Source of the DNA: Camelus ferus
Taxonomy: Eukaryota
Direction: 5' to 3'
Length of the DNA: 64,000 bases
Assembly (NCBI RefSeq): GCF_009834535.1
Contig: NC_045698.1
Coordinates: 560,001 to 624,000, forward strand
Shown here: piece after piece, positions 50,201 through 62,046 of the stretch
How positions within the stretch are numbered: the stretch's first letter is position 1
How the letters are laid out: the number at the start of each line of letters is the position of its first letter
The notes under the pieces: generated by a model
Seen by the model: only the letters and a program-made list of their open reading frames with translations
Databases searched by the model: none
Told to the model about the DNA's origin: nothing
Translations under genes and position numbers: made by a program

Positions 50201-52311
50201 CCTGGGGTTGGCAGCCCCCAAGGAGCCAGGTGCCCAAGCAGGCGTGGCAGGCGTGTGGTCGCAGGGGCCCCTGCCCCTCCTCCTCCCTGAAGAAAGGAAG
50301 CTGTGGCCGCCGCAGCCATAGCAGAGGCTGGGTTTGCCAACGCCGGTTCCGGCCGGGCCGGAGTGCAGTCCCGCTCATGAGTCTGTGCGGCGGCCGGGGC
50401 TCTAGGGGAGCTGTCTGGGTTGGCTGCACAGTGTTGCCGTCGGCGACGCCTGCATCAGAAACTCGCTGGGTTTGGAAGAAATGCCTGTGGCATCTGGAAG
50501 TTCTCCAGGAACCTCCCCCAGCCCGAGGCAGGCCTGGCATGTGGATCCCTGTGGAGCCCTCTCCTGGGCGTAGGTCCCGGCACGGGTGCCCCAGAGGGCT
50601 GTCCCGGCCGTCTGGGTGGCCCCGTGGAGGGAGAGGGCCCAGCCCTGCCTGGCCGTCGTGTTGGTGACAGCCCAGGACCACGTGTGGGTCTGCTCTCCTC
50701 AGCGGGCCCAGGTGCCCTTTCCATCCAGCAAGGCGCCCATGGACAACTCTGCGTGTGGGGGTGGGGCTGCCAGTGTCACAGCAGAAAACCCTGCTGGTGT
50801 GAGCTTCCCAGGGGAGGTGGCCTTGGCGTCCGGCTGTGTCTGGGTTTCCTGGGGCCATGGTCACAGCAGGAACTCCTCGTCCCGGTCCTGGGGGCTGGGG
50901 ATCCAGGGGTCCAGGCCCTCCTGCCGGGCCGTCCTCACAGGGTCGCTCCCAAGACGTGATGTCCTCTTTGTCAGAGCAGCCTGCGGAGCAGGGTCCACCC
51001 TCATGACCTCGTCCTAAGTGAGGACCTCTGCAGTGATCCCAGCCCCGCACACAGCCACGTCCTCAGGAACTTGGGCACAGCAGCCCTAACAGGCCACAAG
51101 GTTTCCTCAGCTCAGAACTGGCTTCCGCTTCCCGCCACCCTGGCCCCTCCACGTCCACCCTGTACCGGCCCCACCGCTGCTGGGCTGTCCCGCTGTGACG
51201 GCCGAGCGTGAGGTGTCCGTGTGGCCTGAGAACACGAGGCCGTGCCCGCTCTCGGCCTCAGCCCCTGGGCTCCTTTTCCTGGCGTTTTATTAACAACCAT
51301 TTTGCTGTGCGACGTCTGTGCTTTTCTCCAGGCTCCACCCCTCCTGAGACCCCTCCACATCCCCTGGTCCCGACACTTGGGCTGTCTGTCTGTCCACCCC
51401 AAGACGCGCTCTCTCCACACCGCTCACCCCAGTGTCACCTGGCGTTCTCGGCTCTGCTGTCCAGACCAGGCCAGTGGCTTGAGTCCCTGAACCAGTGCGT
51501 CCCCAGGATGGGGTCTCCTGGGGAGAGAGGACTGAGGAAGGCCTGGTCCACCAACATCAGGGGCTCCCACAGCCGCTCTGACCAAACGCTCCTCCACCCC
51601 GGCCAGGCGGCCGCTGCACCCTGGCTGCAGGAGCTGCCTGAGCGTTGCTGCTCCCCGCCAGGGTTCCCCTGCTTCCCGGAGGTCCCCCTGGAAGGGCTTC
51701 TGGGAGGTGGGGCCTGGGGAGGGGCCGCATGCCTGGCTTTCTGGTTCCAGTGTCCAGAGCCAGAGCCTGTAATCCTGCTGGCTGCTGTGCCTGGAGAAGG
51801 GCGGCTGCCTCTGCGCCGTTCCCCTGCCCCCTCCAGCAGCACTTGTGAATGCCCCCCCTCCCCCAAGAAGAAGCACGGGAAGCTCCCTCTCTCTGAGTCC
51901 TGAGCTCCTGCCCTGACTGGAAGGCAGAGAGCCCGCGGGCTGGGTGCTTCCCACACCCACGGCCTCGCCGCGCCTGCTGGGGTCTGTCTGCAGCTCCTGG
52001 CCTCTCCTCTCCCCCTCCCCCCTTCTCCCCGGCTCCTCTCCTTTACGTCCAGACCTGTGGGAGATGGGCCAACCCCGCCCGGAGGCCGGGGGCCCTGGCC
52101 GTCCCAGGGCTTGCTGCTTCCTCCTGGAGGCTTTGGGTGATTCCTCCTGCGGGGAGCTGGACCCCTGGTCTCACTCGTGGTCAGAGGACACTGGATGTTT
52201 GAAGGTAGATCATCCTGGAGTTTCTGGGACTTTGATAGCTAATCAAGGTTAGGAATGCCTTAAAATTAAATATTTTGAAGTAATTATGTGAAAAAGCAGC
52301 CTCAGGCTCCC

Positions 52312-52702
52312 TGTTTTGAGGTCCTGGGGCAGCTGTGACGAAAACCACGAACTGGGTGGCCTAAGGCAGCAGCTCTTTCCTGTCTCTTGGTTCTGGGGCC
52401 AGAAGCCTGACATCAAGCTGTCGGCAGGGCCGCACTCCCTCCGAGGCCCCGGGGGAGGGTCCTTCCTGCCTCTTCCAGCTGCCAGGGTTCCAGGCGTCCC
52501 TGGACGTGTGGCCACATCTCTGTGGTCTCTGCCTCCGCCTCTGTGTGGCTTCTTTGCATTTCTGTGTCTCTCCTCTCCTTACGGGGACCCCACCATTGGA
52601 TCAGGGGCCCGTACTCAGCCAATCACAGCTACAGAGGCCAGCCCGTCTCCAGGGGAGGCCACACTCTGAGGCTCCGGGTGGGTGTGGGTTTGCGGGGCAC
52701 CG
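52312..52702 (-). mobile_element. MaLR LTR (MLT1C-like), antisense
   Basis: AACTGGGTGGCCTAAGGCAGCAG, GTTCTGGGGCCAGAAGCCTGACATCAAG, GGGAGGGTCCTTCCTGCCTCTTCCAGCT; similar to the reverse complement of 61615-62046. Confidence 0.85.
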
Positions 52703-54134
52703 GGAGAATGGTGTCTGGCACCGGGATCCACTCAGGCGTGGAAGGGGCTTGCACAAGGAGCGTCGGCAGCCAGGCTCTTCTGACCGGATCTGTGCAGTCT
52801 TCAGGTGATGCGTCCATCTGAGATCCTTATTCTGAGACCGCCCCAAGTGTCCCCACGAGCGGCCGAGTTGCTACGTTTTAGTATTTGCTAATTTAAGACT
52901 GTATCTCTGGATCGACTTCTAGGCCCAGGAAACCGGCCCCATACTTGTAGAACGAAGATAAGTTCTATGTCATGGCACCGACTCAGGGACAGTCACCGTT
53001 TAGCTCCCAGTCACGGCTCCCAGCCTGTCGCCTCTCTGAGATGGATTCCTGATTCTGTGCAGCCGGCCTGGAGGGGAAGGTGGCTGGCAGGGCCTCTCCG
53101 AGAGCCCAGCCCAGCCCAGCTCAGCCCACACCCAGGTTGTTAAAAGCCGGATTGTGGATGTGGCTGTGTCTGCATTTGAAACAGTCTGATTAGCTTGCAG
53201 CCATTTTAAGAGCATTGAATTACTTCACTTGAGAAGGAGACCTTGGGGGTCTGCTCTAGGCTGAGTAAGCAGCTCGACCAGGCGGGTTATGAAGGTCTTG
53301 GCTGGGTGAGGCTCCAAGCAGACACAGCTGCAGGCCCTCCTGGGCCTTGCTCAGCAAGGCCTTGCCCGTTGGGGTGGACCTGCTTGCTCTGGGGGCTTCA
53401 GGACTGGCCTTTCGTGTGCCCGAGAGCCTGGAACCTGCTTTCGTGGTGCGGAGCAGGGTTCCACACTGAAGGGGCCTGTGAAGACTGGGACACAACTGCA
53501 CTTGGCCCGTAAGTCCTCTGGGAACCCAGAAGCCTCCTGAGCCGCCAGCCCCATGCAAGCTGCAGATAAATGTCCTCTCTGCACTGGAGGAACTTGCTCC
53601 TGGTGGGTGTGGGCACCTTCCCCGCTGGCTGCAGTTCACCCTTGGTCAGCTCACAGTCACTTGCCCGGAGCCTGCGGTCCCCCCACTGCCTCCCGAGCAG
53701 CCCAGGTGGGCTCCGTGCATCGATAGCCCCCGCCTGGAGGTTGAGGTGGGGTGCAGGGTGGGCTCCACACCATGGTGGACGGCCAGGACCTGGACAGCGC
53801 CTGCTGTGAGCACTGTGGCCAACGCCGGTCCACTCCCAGCGGGCTTCCAGCACCTTTTTGCCAAGTAGCGGGTCAGACATCAGGGCCTCTGTATTTGGAA
53901 GCAATCTTGACCTTACTGCCTCTGGCCAGGAACCTGGGGGAGGTGGGACTGCCGTGGTCCCTCCCAGAAGCTGTGCAGGGGCCATCCTGTGAGCTGCAGG
54001 CAGGGTGTTGGTGGGGGGAGCCCTGCTGCGGGGCTGCAGCCCAGCCAGCAATCTCTGTGACCTCAGCCAGTCTGTGTGTCTCAAGGCCCAGCGTCCCTGC
54101 CAGTAGGTGGGAGGTGGAACAGGATGCTCCTGGG

Positions 54135-54300
54135 AGGCGCTGTCCAGCGGGACTGGGCGTGGCCTATATCCACCATGCCCTCGACAGTCACCGCTGGCCG
54201 CGTCTGTGCTTGGAACATGGCTAGTGTGGCAGGGAGCTGATTTCTAACGTGGTCTCACTTTAATAAATGTAAACGCATGCCACGTGGACAGCACGGCTCC
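54135..54300. mobile_element. hAT-Charlie MITE remnant (MER3/MER33-like)
   Basis: Degenerate terminal inverted repeats GCGCTGTCCA ... TGGACAGCAC with internal CTTGGAACATGGCTAGTGTG. Confidence 0.55.
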
Positions 54301-55479
54301 AGAAAGCACCGTTTGGCATCCAGCAAGCCCCATGTCTCCTTCCTCTGTGGCTGGAGTTTGGAGGCGGAGAGCCCAGGCCATCTTAGCGGGTGTCACTCCT
54401 GTGAAGGCCTCATCACCAAGGTGGGCACAACGAGTGTCCTGAGGGCATGTGCAAACCCTGCTCATTTTTGAACACTCTAGAGGCTTTGGTTTTTAAATTG
54501 GCAGGAGGCTTTTCAGATGTAAGAAAGCAAAGCAGATTGTAGCACTAGGGTTCTGCAGTTCCTGCTTTTGTGCGGCAGGTGACGCACCCAGATGTGCATG
54601 TGTGGAGGCATTCGGGGGCACTGACCACCTCCTTCCTTGCCAGGGCCACGAGCAGGGGGAGGCCGCTCTTGGTGGTCCTGGGGCCCAGGGGACCCACCGC
54701 CACCTGCTTCTCGCCCATGGAGGTTTGTTGGCAGAGCAGCAGAAGGGCTGCCGGGAAGCCACCTTGCACCACAGATGAAATTGGCCAGGACGCTGTGAGG
54801 CCCTGATTTGTAATCTGTGGTGGACTCTGCTGCAGGGAATGTGGGAGGGACAGTCAGTGCCTTGGGTCTTCCCACTGACCTGTGAGATCAGAAGTGCTGG
54901 TGTTTGTGGGTGAGGAGGGAGGGCAGTGAAAGGATGTCATGGGAGGTAAAGTCCTGGGTCCAGACTCCACAGGCATCGGTGCTGACGGGCCATGTGTGCC
55001 TGGGAATGGGCTGCTGGGGGGGCCTGCCCGAGCTGCCTGAAAAGCTGATGCTGAGGGGTGTTTAACCCAGCCAAGCTGGGGGGCTGTGTGTGTGATTTTC
55101 AGACGCGAGTTAGTGCCAGGTGGCGATTCCCCAGAGGAAGGAACCCAGCCAGGTGCCCAGATTAAAGCTGCAGCCTGGAGGTCGTGGCGTGGAACAGGGG
55201 ACCCAGACAGCTCCCGAGGGCCCTGGTGACCCACTGGAGGAGAGGGGTTTTCAGAGAGTTGGGGAGCACCCAGGTCTGCTGGCAGGCTGCTCTGCTGGTG
55301 TGTGAGAGGTCGGGAAAGAACCACTGGGAAGGGGCGGCACCACAAGCCCTGGGGCTCGGGGGGTGGGGGGCAGGGGGGCGAACGCTTTGCTTCCATCAGT
55401 CGGAGCAGAACAGGCAGGTCCTCGGAAGGCATCACCTTCACAGTGTGGCTGAGCACCTAGACTACAGGCTTAAAAGCAA

Positions 55480-55900
55480 ACCTAAGGCCAAAAATCCGCA
55501 CTCAGTAACAAAATACAACATTGTTTGAAGGAATATAACCAAATCCAGCACAGACAGAAGTCACGATGTCCAGCACACAATCAAAATTTTCCAGGCATGA
55601 GAAGAGCAGAGAAGTTACGATCCATCACTGGAAGAGAAGCATTCCGTAGAAACAGACTGAACCACGACCAGTGACGATGGAACTAGCAGACGGGACGTCA
55701 GGACAGCAAGGACAGACACACTGTAAGTTCTCCGGGAGGAGGAGGAGATGTGGTCACGGGAGGTGAGAAGGGGAAGAAGGCGCTGGAAACCCAGAGGGAG
55801 TGTCTGGAGGTGAGAGAACCGTATCTGAATGAACAGTCCGTGGATGGCAAGCGACACACAGCGGAAGAAAAGATGAGTGACCTGGAAGCCGAATCAAGAG
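55480..55900 (+). mobile_element. Old LINE-1 ORF1 5' fragment
   Basis: A-rich; ATGTCCAGCACACAATCAAAATTTTCCAGGCATG, GATGGAACTAGCAGAC and GAAGAAAAGATGAGTGACCTGGAAG are ORF1-like. Confidence 0.7.
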
Positions 55901-57199
55901 AGAGGCCGGGACGCGGCTGGGCAGGAGGGCGTCAGCCTTGCTGTGTGGCCCTGGTCACGGGGGGTGACCCCTGCAGCCTCCAGCCGTCCACCCAGGAGAG
56001 TGATGCTGTTCACTGGTGCCTCCTTTCACGGAGGGCTTAAGTGATGTGCCCAAAGTCAGAGCACGAGGGACCGTGGGGCCGAGACCACCCCCCTCAGCAG
56101 ACTCCCGGTCCTGCTGTCCAGGCATCTGCGGCTCCCAGGCCGGGAGGAACAGTCAGATGGCACAGTGGTGCGTGAGAGAAACCGGAGGGGATGTCCTCCG
56201 CTGATGTGGTGGCCTGAGTACAGCGGGGAGGTGGCCCTGACAGAAGGCCTGACCCGGGGAGCGACAGGGAGGTGCCCCCGGCTCTCAGCTGAGGTGGCAC
56301 GTGCAGGGGACTTGTGAAAACAGGGGAGGGAGGAAGAATGACTGGGGCCCACACCCATGCTCCCTCCTCCCAGTGTCCACATGGCTGCTTTCCAGACCTC
56401 GCGCGGCTCAAGGAGGGTCTGAGATGGCGTCGCCCACTGGGGGAGCGGCAGTGCACTGGGGCGGAGGACCCCACACCCAGCCACCCGCTGCCTCTCGGGG
56501 ACTCCCAGCCCCGCGTCTTCCCAGCTTTGGGGAGACAGGCTGGAGCCCTTTCTCTCTTTCCATTGGTTTGTCTGAAACAATGTAAGTTTCTCTAAACCAG
56601 AGCTGGCTTGGCCTTCAGGAAAGACAGCGCTTTTTTGTGTTTCTCGACGTCTCCCCTGAGGCCTGAGATGTGTTTCTGGTTTCTTCCAGCACTCAGGGAG
56701 GGTTGAGGTGATGAGTCAGCTGTGTCTGGGGTCCTCGTGCCAAGGCAGGGATGCCATGGCCCCTTGTCCCTGGGGTGGTGGGGGACAAGGTGGCAGGTAC
56801 TCTCCCCACGGGCTGAGCCCGCCCAGCTGAAAGGCCTCACCTGGGACTCCGCGGACCTGTGCCGACCTGTCTCTGGCCAGAGGCCACCCTCCGGGGAGGG
56901 AGCTCAGGCAATGCTGGCCTGCCGGCTGTGTGAGATGGAACTGCCTAGAAGTGCCTGGCCTGGTGCTCAGGTGCCCAGCCCTCATTTCCCGTCCTATGGC
57001 CTGTCCTGGAGAAGGACAGTGCCTGTCCTCCGGGTCCCGGGACAGAGGCACATCATGCCTGATGCGAGGTTTCTCGGGGACCACCCGGAGCAGGGCTGCA
57101 GGGCCCGGCGGGTCTCTTGCTCTTGGGGTTCAGCCTGTGCTCCCCAGGGTGTCCGGAACCACACAACTGCCCAGGCCTGGCACCGCTTTTGAGACAAGA

Positions 57200-57880
57200 G
57201 CATCGTTTAACAAAGACGTTTTTCCAGACACCTACAGATGGCCAACGGGTACATGGAAAGGTGCTCAACTTCACTGATCATCAGGGAAGTGCAAACCAAA
57301 CCACAGTGAGCTATCAACTCCCACCTGTCAGAATGGCCATCATCAAAAAGACAGCAAATAACAAGTGCTGGCGAGCGTGCTGACGAAAGGGAGCCCTCGT
57401 GCGCCGTTGGCGGGAACGTAAATGGGTACAGCATGAGGTTCCTCAAAACACTAAAAACAGAGCTACCTGTGTGACCCAGCAGTCCCACTGCTGGGTGTGT
57501 ATCCAAAGCAAACGAAGACACCGGTCAGAAAAGGCGCGTGCGCCTCGGTGTTCACGGCGGCTCTGCTGACGGCAGCCAGGACGTGGAGGCAGCCCGAGTG
57601 CCCAGCGACGGATGGCGGCACGAGGAAGACACGGAACACGCACACAGCGGAACACCTCTCAGCCGTAAAATGGGTGAGATCGCGCCCTTGTGACTAAGGA
57701 ATGGATGTGGAGGGCCTTAAGCCAAGTGAAATAACTCAGAGAAAGACAAATGCCACGTGATCCTCCTAAACGTAGAATAAAACAGACGAAGTCGAGCTCA
57801 TAGGTACAGAGAGCGCGTTGCTGGTTGCTGGAGGTGGGGGGTGGGTAGGAGAACTGGGTGAAGGGGGTCAAAGGGTTTAA
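57200..57880 (+). mobile_element. 5'-truncated LINE-1 3' end (L1MA-like), homologous to 12330-13180
   Basis: CATCAGGGAAGTGCAAACCAAACCACAGTGAGCTATCAACTCCCACCTGTCAGAATGGCCATCATCAAAAAGACAGCAAATAACAAGTGCTGGCGAG and AGTGAAATAACTCAGAGAAAGACAAAT. Confidence 0.9.
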
Positions 57881-58812
57881 AAGGGCACGTATGGGTCTCC
57901 TCAGAACACTTTTTAACTTTCACACGTGGGGTCTCAACTAAATCGCTTCAAGGGTGGACTTTGGTTTCTGCCTGTAAAAGCAGCTACGGTTCCGTCCCTG
58001 CTCCTTTAAGATCCGGCTGTGGCTGGGGTGAGGGTGGGGCAGACTGCACTCCCCTTTGACCCCAGGGGCCTGGAAGCAGCAGCAGAGCTGGTTCGAGGGT
58101 AATTACCTCTCAGGGAGTCTTTCTACCTGACGCTAGGGAGGAGCTTTCAAAGGAAGGGAAACCCTTATTACTTTTCTTAGTGTGGTTCAGCCCACTGGGT
58201 CCTGGGGCTGTAATCACATACACACCCGTGACATTGCCAGTCTGTTTATCTCTGCTGCGGCCCGGACATCACGTGTTAACACACGGAGCCTTCTAAACTG
58301 AAAAAAAAAAACGTAAAATGCATGGGGTTCTTTGGAATTACTGTTCCTTTGAAATAGGAAACATGAGGCTTTAATACGAATGCAAGAAAACAGAAAGTCC
58401 AGTGTTTTTTCCTGAGAAAGAATTCAGGTGGAGGAAGATGAATCTGGGTTTGCATTTAACACCCAGGGGCGTTAAACTTCGTCTAAACAGAATGATGGCG
58501 GGTGCGATGGTTCAGGCGCATGGGGCGTGGGTCCTGTCAATAGTGCCTGTGCTGTGACCTCTGCGGCCGGGCAGCGGCAGAATTTGGAAGCTCGATCACC
58601 CATGATTTGCCTTTTTCTGTGAAGTTACTCACTGCTAGCTCTGAAGAGAGAAACAGTAGCAGGCGTGACTGGGAGAAAGCTAGGTCTGCAGACAAGCTGC
58701 AAGATGATCTAGCGTTAAGCTAAAACCAGAGTTCCAGGGTGCTGAGAGCTGAAGTCACTGAGGAAGTTCCTGGCGTACTTTGTGGCCACTTCTCAATTTT
58801 CTGGGGTGGAGA

Positions 58813-59090
58813 TTGTGTGTGTGTGTGTATGCACGTGTGTAAGTGTGTGTTCACAGGTATGTATGCGTACATGCATGTGTATATATGTTCACAGTGTATC
58901 TATGGGCCCACACGTGTGCGCACACGTGTATGTTCGTGCATGTGTATACATGTTCGTGCATATGCGTCTGTGTATATGTGTGCACCCACGTGTTCACAGT
59001 GTACACGCACGTGTCTGTGTACATGTGTGTTCATGCACATGTGTGTATGTGCTCGTGCGTGTGTGTGTGAGTGTGTGTACACATATGTAA
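58813..59090. repeat. Imperfect TG/CA/TA dinucleotide microsatellite
   Basis: About 280 bp of mostly alternating purine-pyrimidine TGTG/TATG/CACA sequence. Confidence 0.9.
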
Positions 59091-61614
59091 GGTGTTTATA
59101 TAGCTTCTCACTGGCCTCCCCTTGGTTATGCTTTCCCTGCACGGGTCTCATGGTGGAGTTATTTCCCCAGCAGGTGGCCTGGATCCCCCCCCCCCCCCAG
59201 TAACTCATTCATAACCGTGCCCTGTGGGCCTGCCACTGGCTGAGCTGCCCGGGGTGTGTCCCCCTGGTGTGTGTTTCCAGGCCCCCTGCACGGGCATGGC
59301 AGCCTTTCTGCGGCAAGGTCCGAGTGCAGGTCCTTGGGGACCCTCTCGGGTCAGGGTGTTTTTGGGGGTGACTGCCAACAAATAAACCTCCATGGTGTGT
59401 GATAGCAGAACTATGAACAGCTGTGGTGGGGTGAGGTGAGGATTGAGGTGAGCATGGAGACAGGAGCCATTTCCGCTTTCTGGCCTCACACAGGAAGCAG
59501 GTTATGGCAGCGTGCTGCCGCGGGAGGTCTACAGATGTTTATTTCAGGAGAACCTTTGATCCCCAACTACTGAGTTTGTAGATGTAAATTCCACATTTGG
59601 TTACTCAGCCCAGGTACACGGCCCTGACCCGGAAGCACCGATGGGCGAAGCCCAGGGATCTGGAAGCCTGGTGTGAACTTGGAAGGAAGAGGCTGAAAGC
59701 CTGTATGTGTTGTGCAGAAGCCGCCCCTCCCGGATGCCGCGCGGTCCTTACTCTCTCGCTTTAAAATCAGAAGTTCACAGTCACGTGCACAGTGGCCCTT
59801 GAATGGAAACCCTCCGTGGGCCTCACTGTGCCGGGACTGCTGAGCCCATAAAACAACACGTCACATCTGAAACTGTTCAGCCGCTGCAGCCGGGACTCCC
59901 ACCGCCAAGCTGCCCCGGCGTCTCAGACAGACGCGCTGCCCCAGCGCCTTCCAGTCCGTTCTGCTGGCAGCCCAGGCGGAAAGCGCCTCCATCTCCCTCG
60001 CGGTGCTTCTGATGAGAAGGAGCCCGGGGCAGGTGCGCCCCCACCAGCCCTCGGTCCTGCGTTGGCAGAAGCCCCACCCCCGACTTGGTAAAAGAGGCCC
60101 CGGCGTTCTCTGCCACCTGAGGCCACTGTTCCCCCTCCACCTGCTGCCCCACCTGCCTCCTTCCTCTTCTTCCCCCCAGCCCTCACTGCCATCACCCTGC
60201 AGTACCCTTGACCTTTGACCCTTGGCCCTGGTGCTTCTCCCTCTCCCCGCCTTGGGGTTTCTCAAATCCCACCCCTTGCCTTTTCCCGCATGGTCCAGTT
60301 CTGTCCAGTGCGTGATGACCGCAAGCCTCCCCCACCTCTCACCCCACACCAGTCCTGTCCACGTCCAGTGTCCTGACAGCCCTGAGCAGGGGCTCAGGTG
60401 CCCCCGACCCTGGCCCAGGCATCCTGGCCTGAATGTCGCATTGTCCCCTGCTCCCTGCCCAGCCCCAGGTGCCTCCTAAACTGCCCTCAAGTGGCCTTGG
60501 TCACCGGCAGCACAAGCCTGGTGGGTGCCTCCCCTGGCTGTGCCCCTTTGCCTCGCAGGGGGCAGCCCATGGGGGAGCAGGCGGTGCGGCTGCAGAGAGG
60601 CGCCTGGGAGCCTGGGAGCTCGTCTGCTGGTGACGGGGTGTCAGAGGAGAGGTCCGGCTCGTTTCTGACTTTGGGAAACACCTGGTGACGGCACCTTCTA
60701 GATCATATATGTGGCCCCGGGTGTAGGACCTGCAGGCCCTGTGGCCCCAGACATCTGCCCAGCATTGAGACCAGCCTCTCCTGAGGGACCTGGGGAGCAT
60801 CCCCGCCCTCCCCCAGAGGAGCCCCTCTCCCCTATCTCTCCCTCTCTGTCTTCCTCCTCCCCGACCCTCACTTGGACTCCCATCCACACTGAGCCCCCTT
60901 CTGCCCCCCTCAGTGCCCCTCATCTCGGGACTCGGGAATTCACCCAGTCCAAGGGGGCGGCCTTCACGGAGCCAGGATTTCCAGATCCCTAGAGGTTTTG
61001 CACATGAGGCACAAGGCAGCTGCAGCCTCCGTGGAGGGGGTCACACCCTGTTTTCAGGGAAAGGGGGCGGTTCCAGGAGCAGTGGCAGGGGGACAAGGGT
61101 CGTCCTCGCGTGGTTGGCGGCGCAGCCCCGCTCTCCGCAGGGGGACGCCCTGGAGACTTGTCACAGCAACACATCCCTGAGGCTGTTCACAGAAAGGAAA
61201 CCGCGCTCTTGGTCCTCTGGACTCAACACCCAGCTGGAATTCTGAGCAGAGTCAATACCGGATGCGCCAGCCGGAAGCTCCCTGTCCTTAGGGGTCTGTG
61301 AAGGGTCCACCTGTGGGGCGGACACGCGTCTCTCCTCCTTGTGTCTCTCCTCGCGTCTCCAGCTGTGACCCTGGCTTTGAAGCCGGGCCACAGTCTCTCT
61401 GCCCCCTCAGGCCAGAGGAGCTGGTCATTGAGCTGGGGTTCATGGCCAATATATTTCTGCATTTGTCTCCCGCCCTGTTTCGGGGTGTAGCCCCCCTCGA
61501 GCATGTGCATGGTAAGAACCGCTCCTGCATCCCAGCTTTGCTCCCCATGAAGGACGTGGAGGCCACGTGGCCAGGCAGCTGGTTCCGGACTGGAGACCAG
61601 TCACAGCTTCTGGA

Positions 61615-62046
61615 CGATGCTGGACTGAATAGCAGCCCTGAACACGTGCTCATAACGCCTTCCTGGAGCCTATGACTGACACCCGACAGAAAAGGGGTCT
61701 TGGCAGACAGGATTAAGAGAGGGATCTTGAGACGGAAGTTGTCCTGGTGGCACTGACTGCCCCCACGTGTCTCTGTGAGGGCGAGGCCGTGGGGCTCCGA
61801 TGGACCACACAGGAGAGACTGTGCGACCACCAGCTGAGGTTGGAGGGACGTGGCCACAGGCCCAGGGACACCAGGGCCCCTGGGAGCCTGAGGAGGCAGG
61901 AAGGAGCCTCCCTGGAGCCTCCAAAAGGAGCTCCCATGACACCTGGATGCCAGGCTTCTGGCCCCGGAATTGGAAGAGGATAAATTCCTTTTGTTTGAAG
62001 CTGCCCCGTTTGTGGCCATTTGTCACAGCAGCCCAGACGCTGACTT
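61615..62046 (+). mobile_element. MaLR LTR (MLT1C-like)
   Basis: TGGACTGAATAG start, AAAAGGGGTCTTGGCAGACAGGATTAAG...GATCTTGAGA, and GAGGATAAATTCCTTTTGTTTGAAGCTGCCCCGTTTGTGGCCATTTGTCACAGCAGCCC end. Confidence 0.85.

Noticed and set aside
58739..59203. Cys/Val/His-rich ORFs resembling metal-binding proteins
   Set aside because: Translation of the TG/CA microsatellite.
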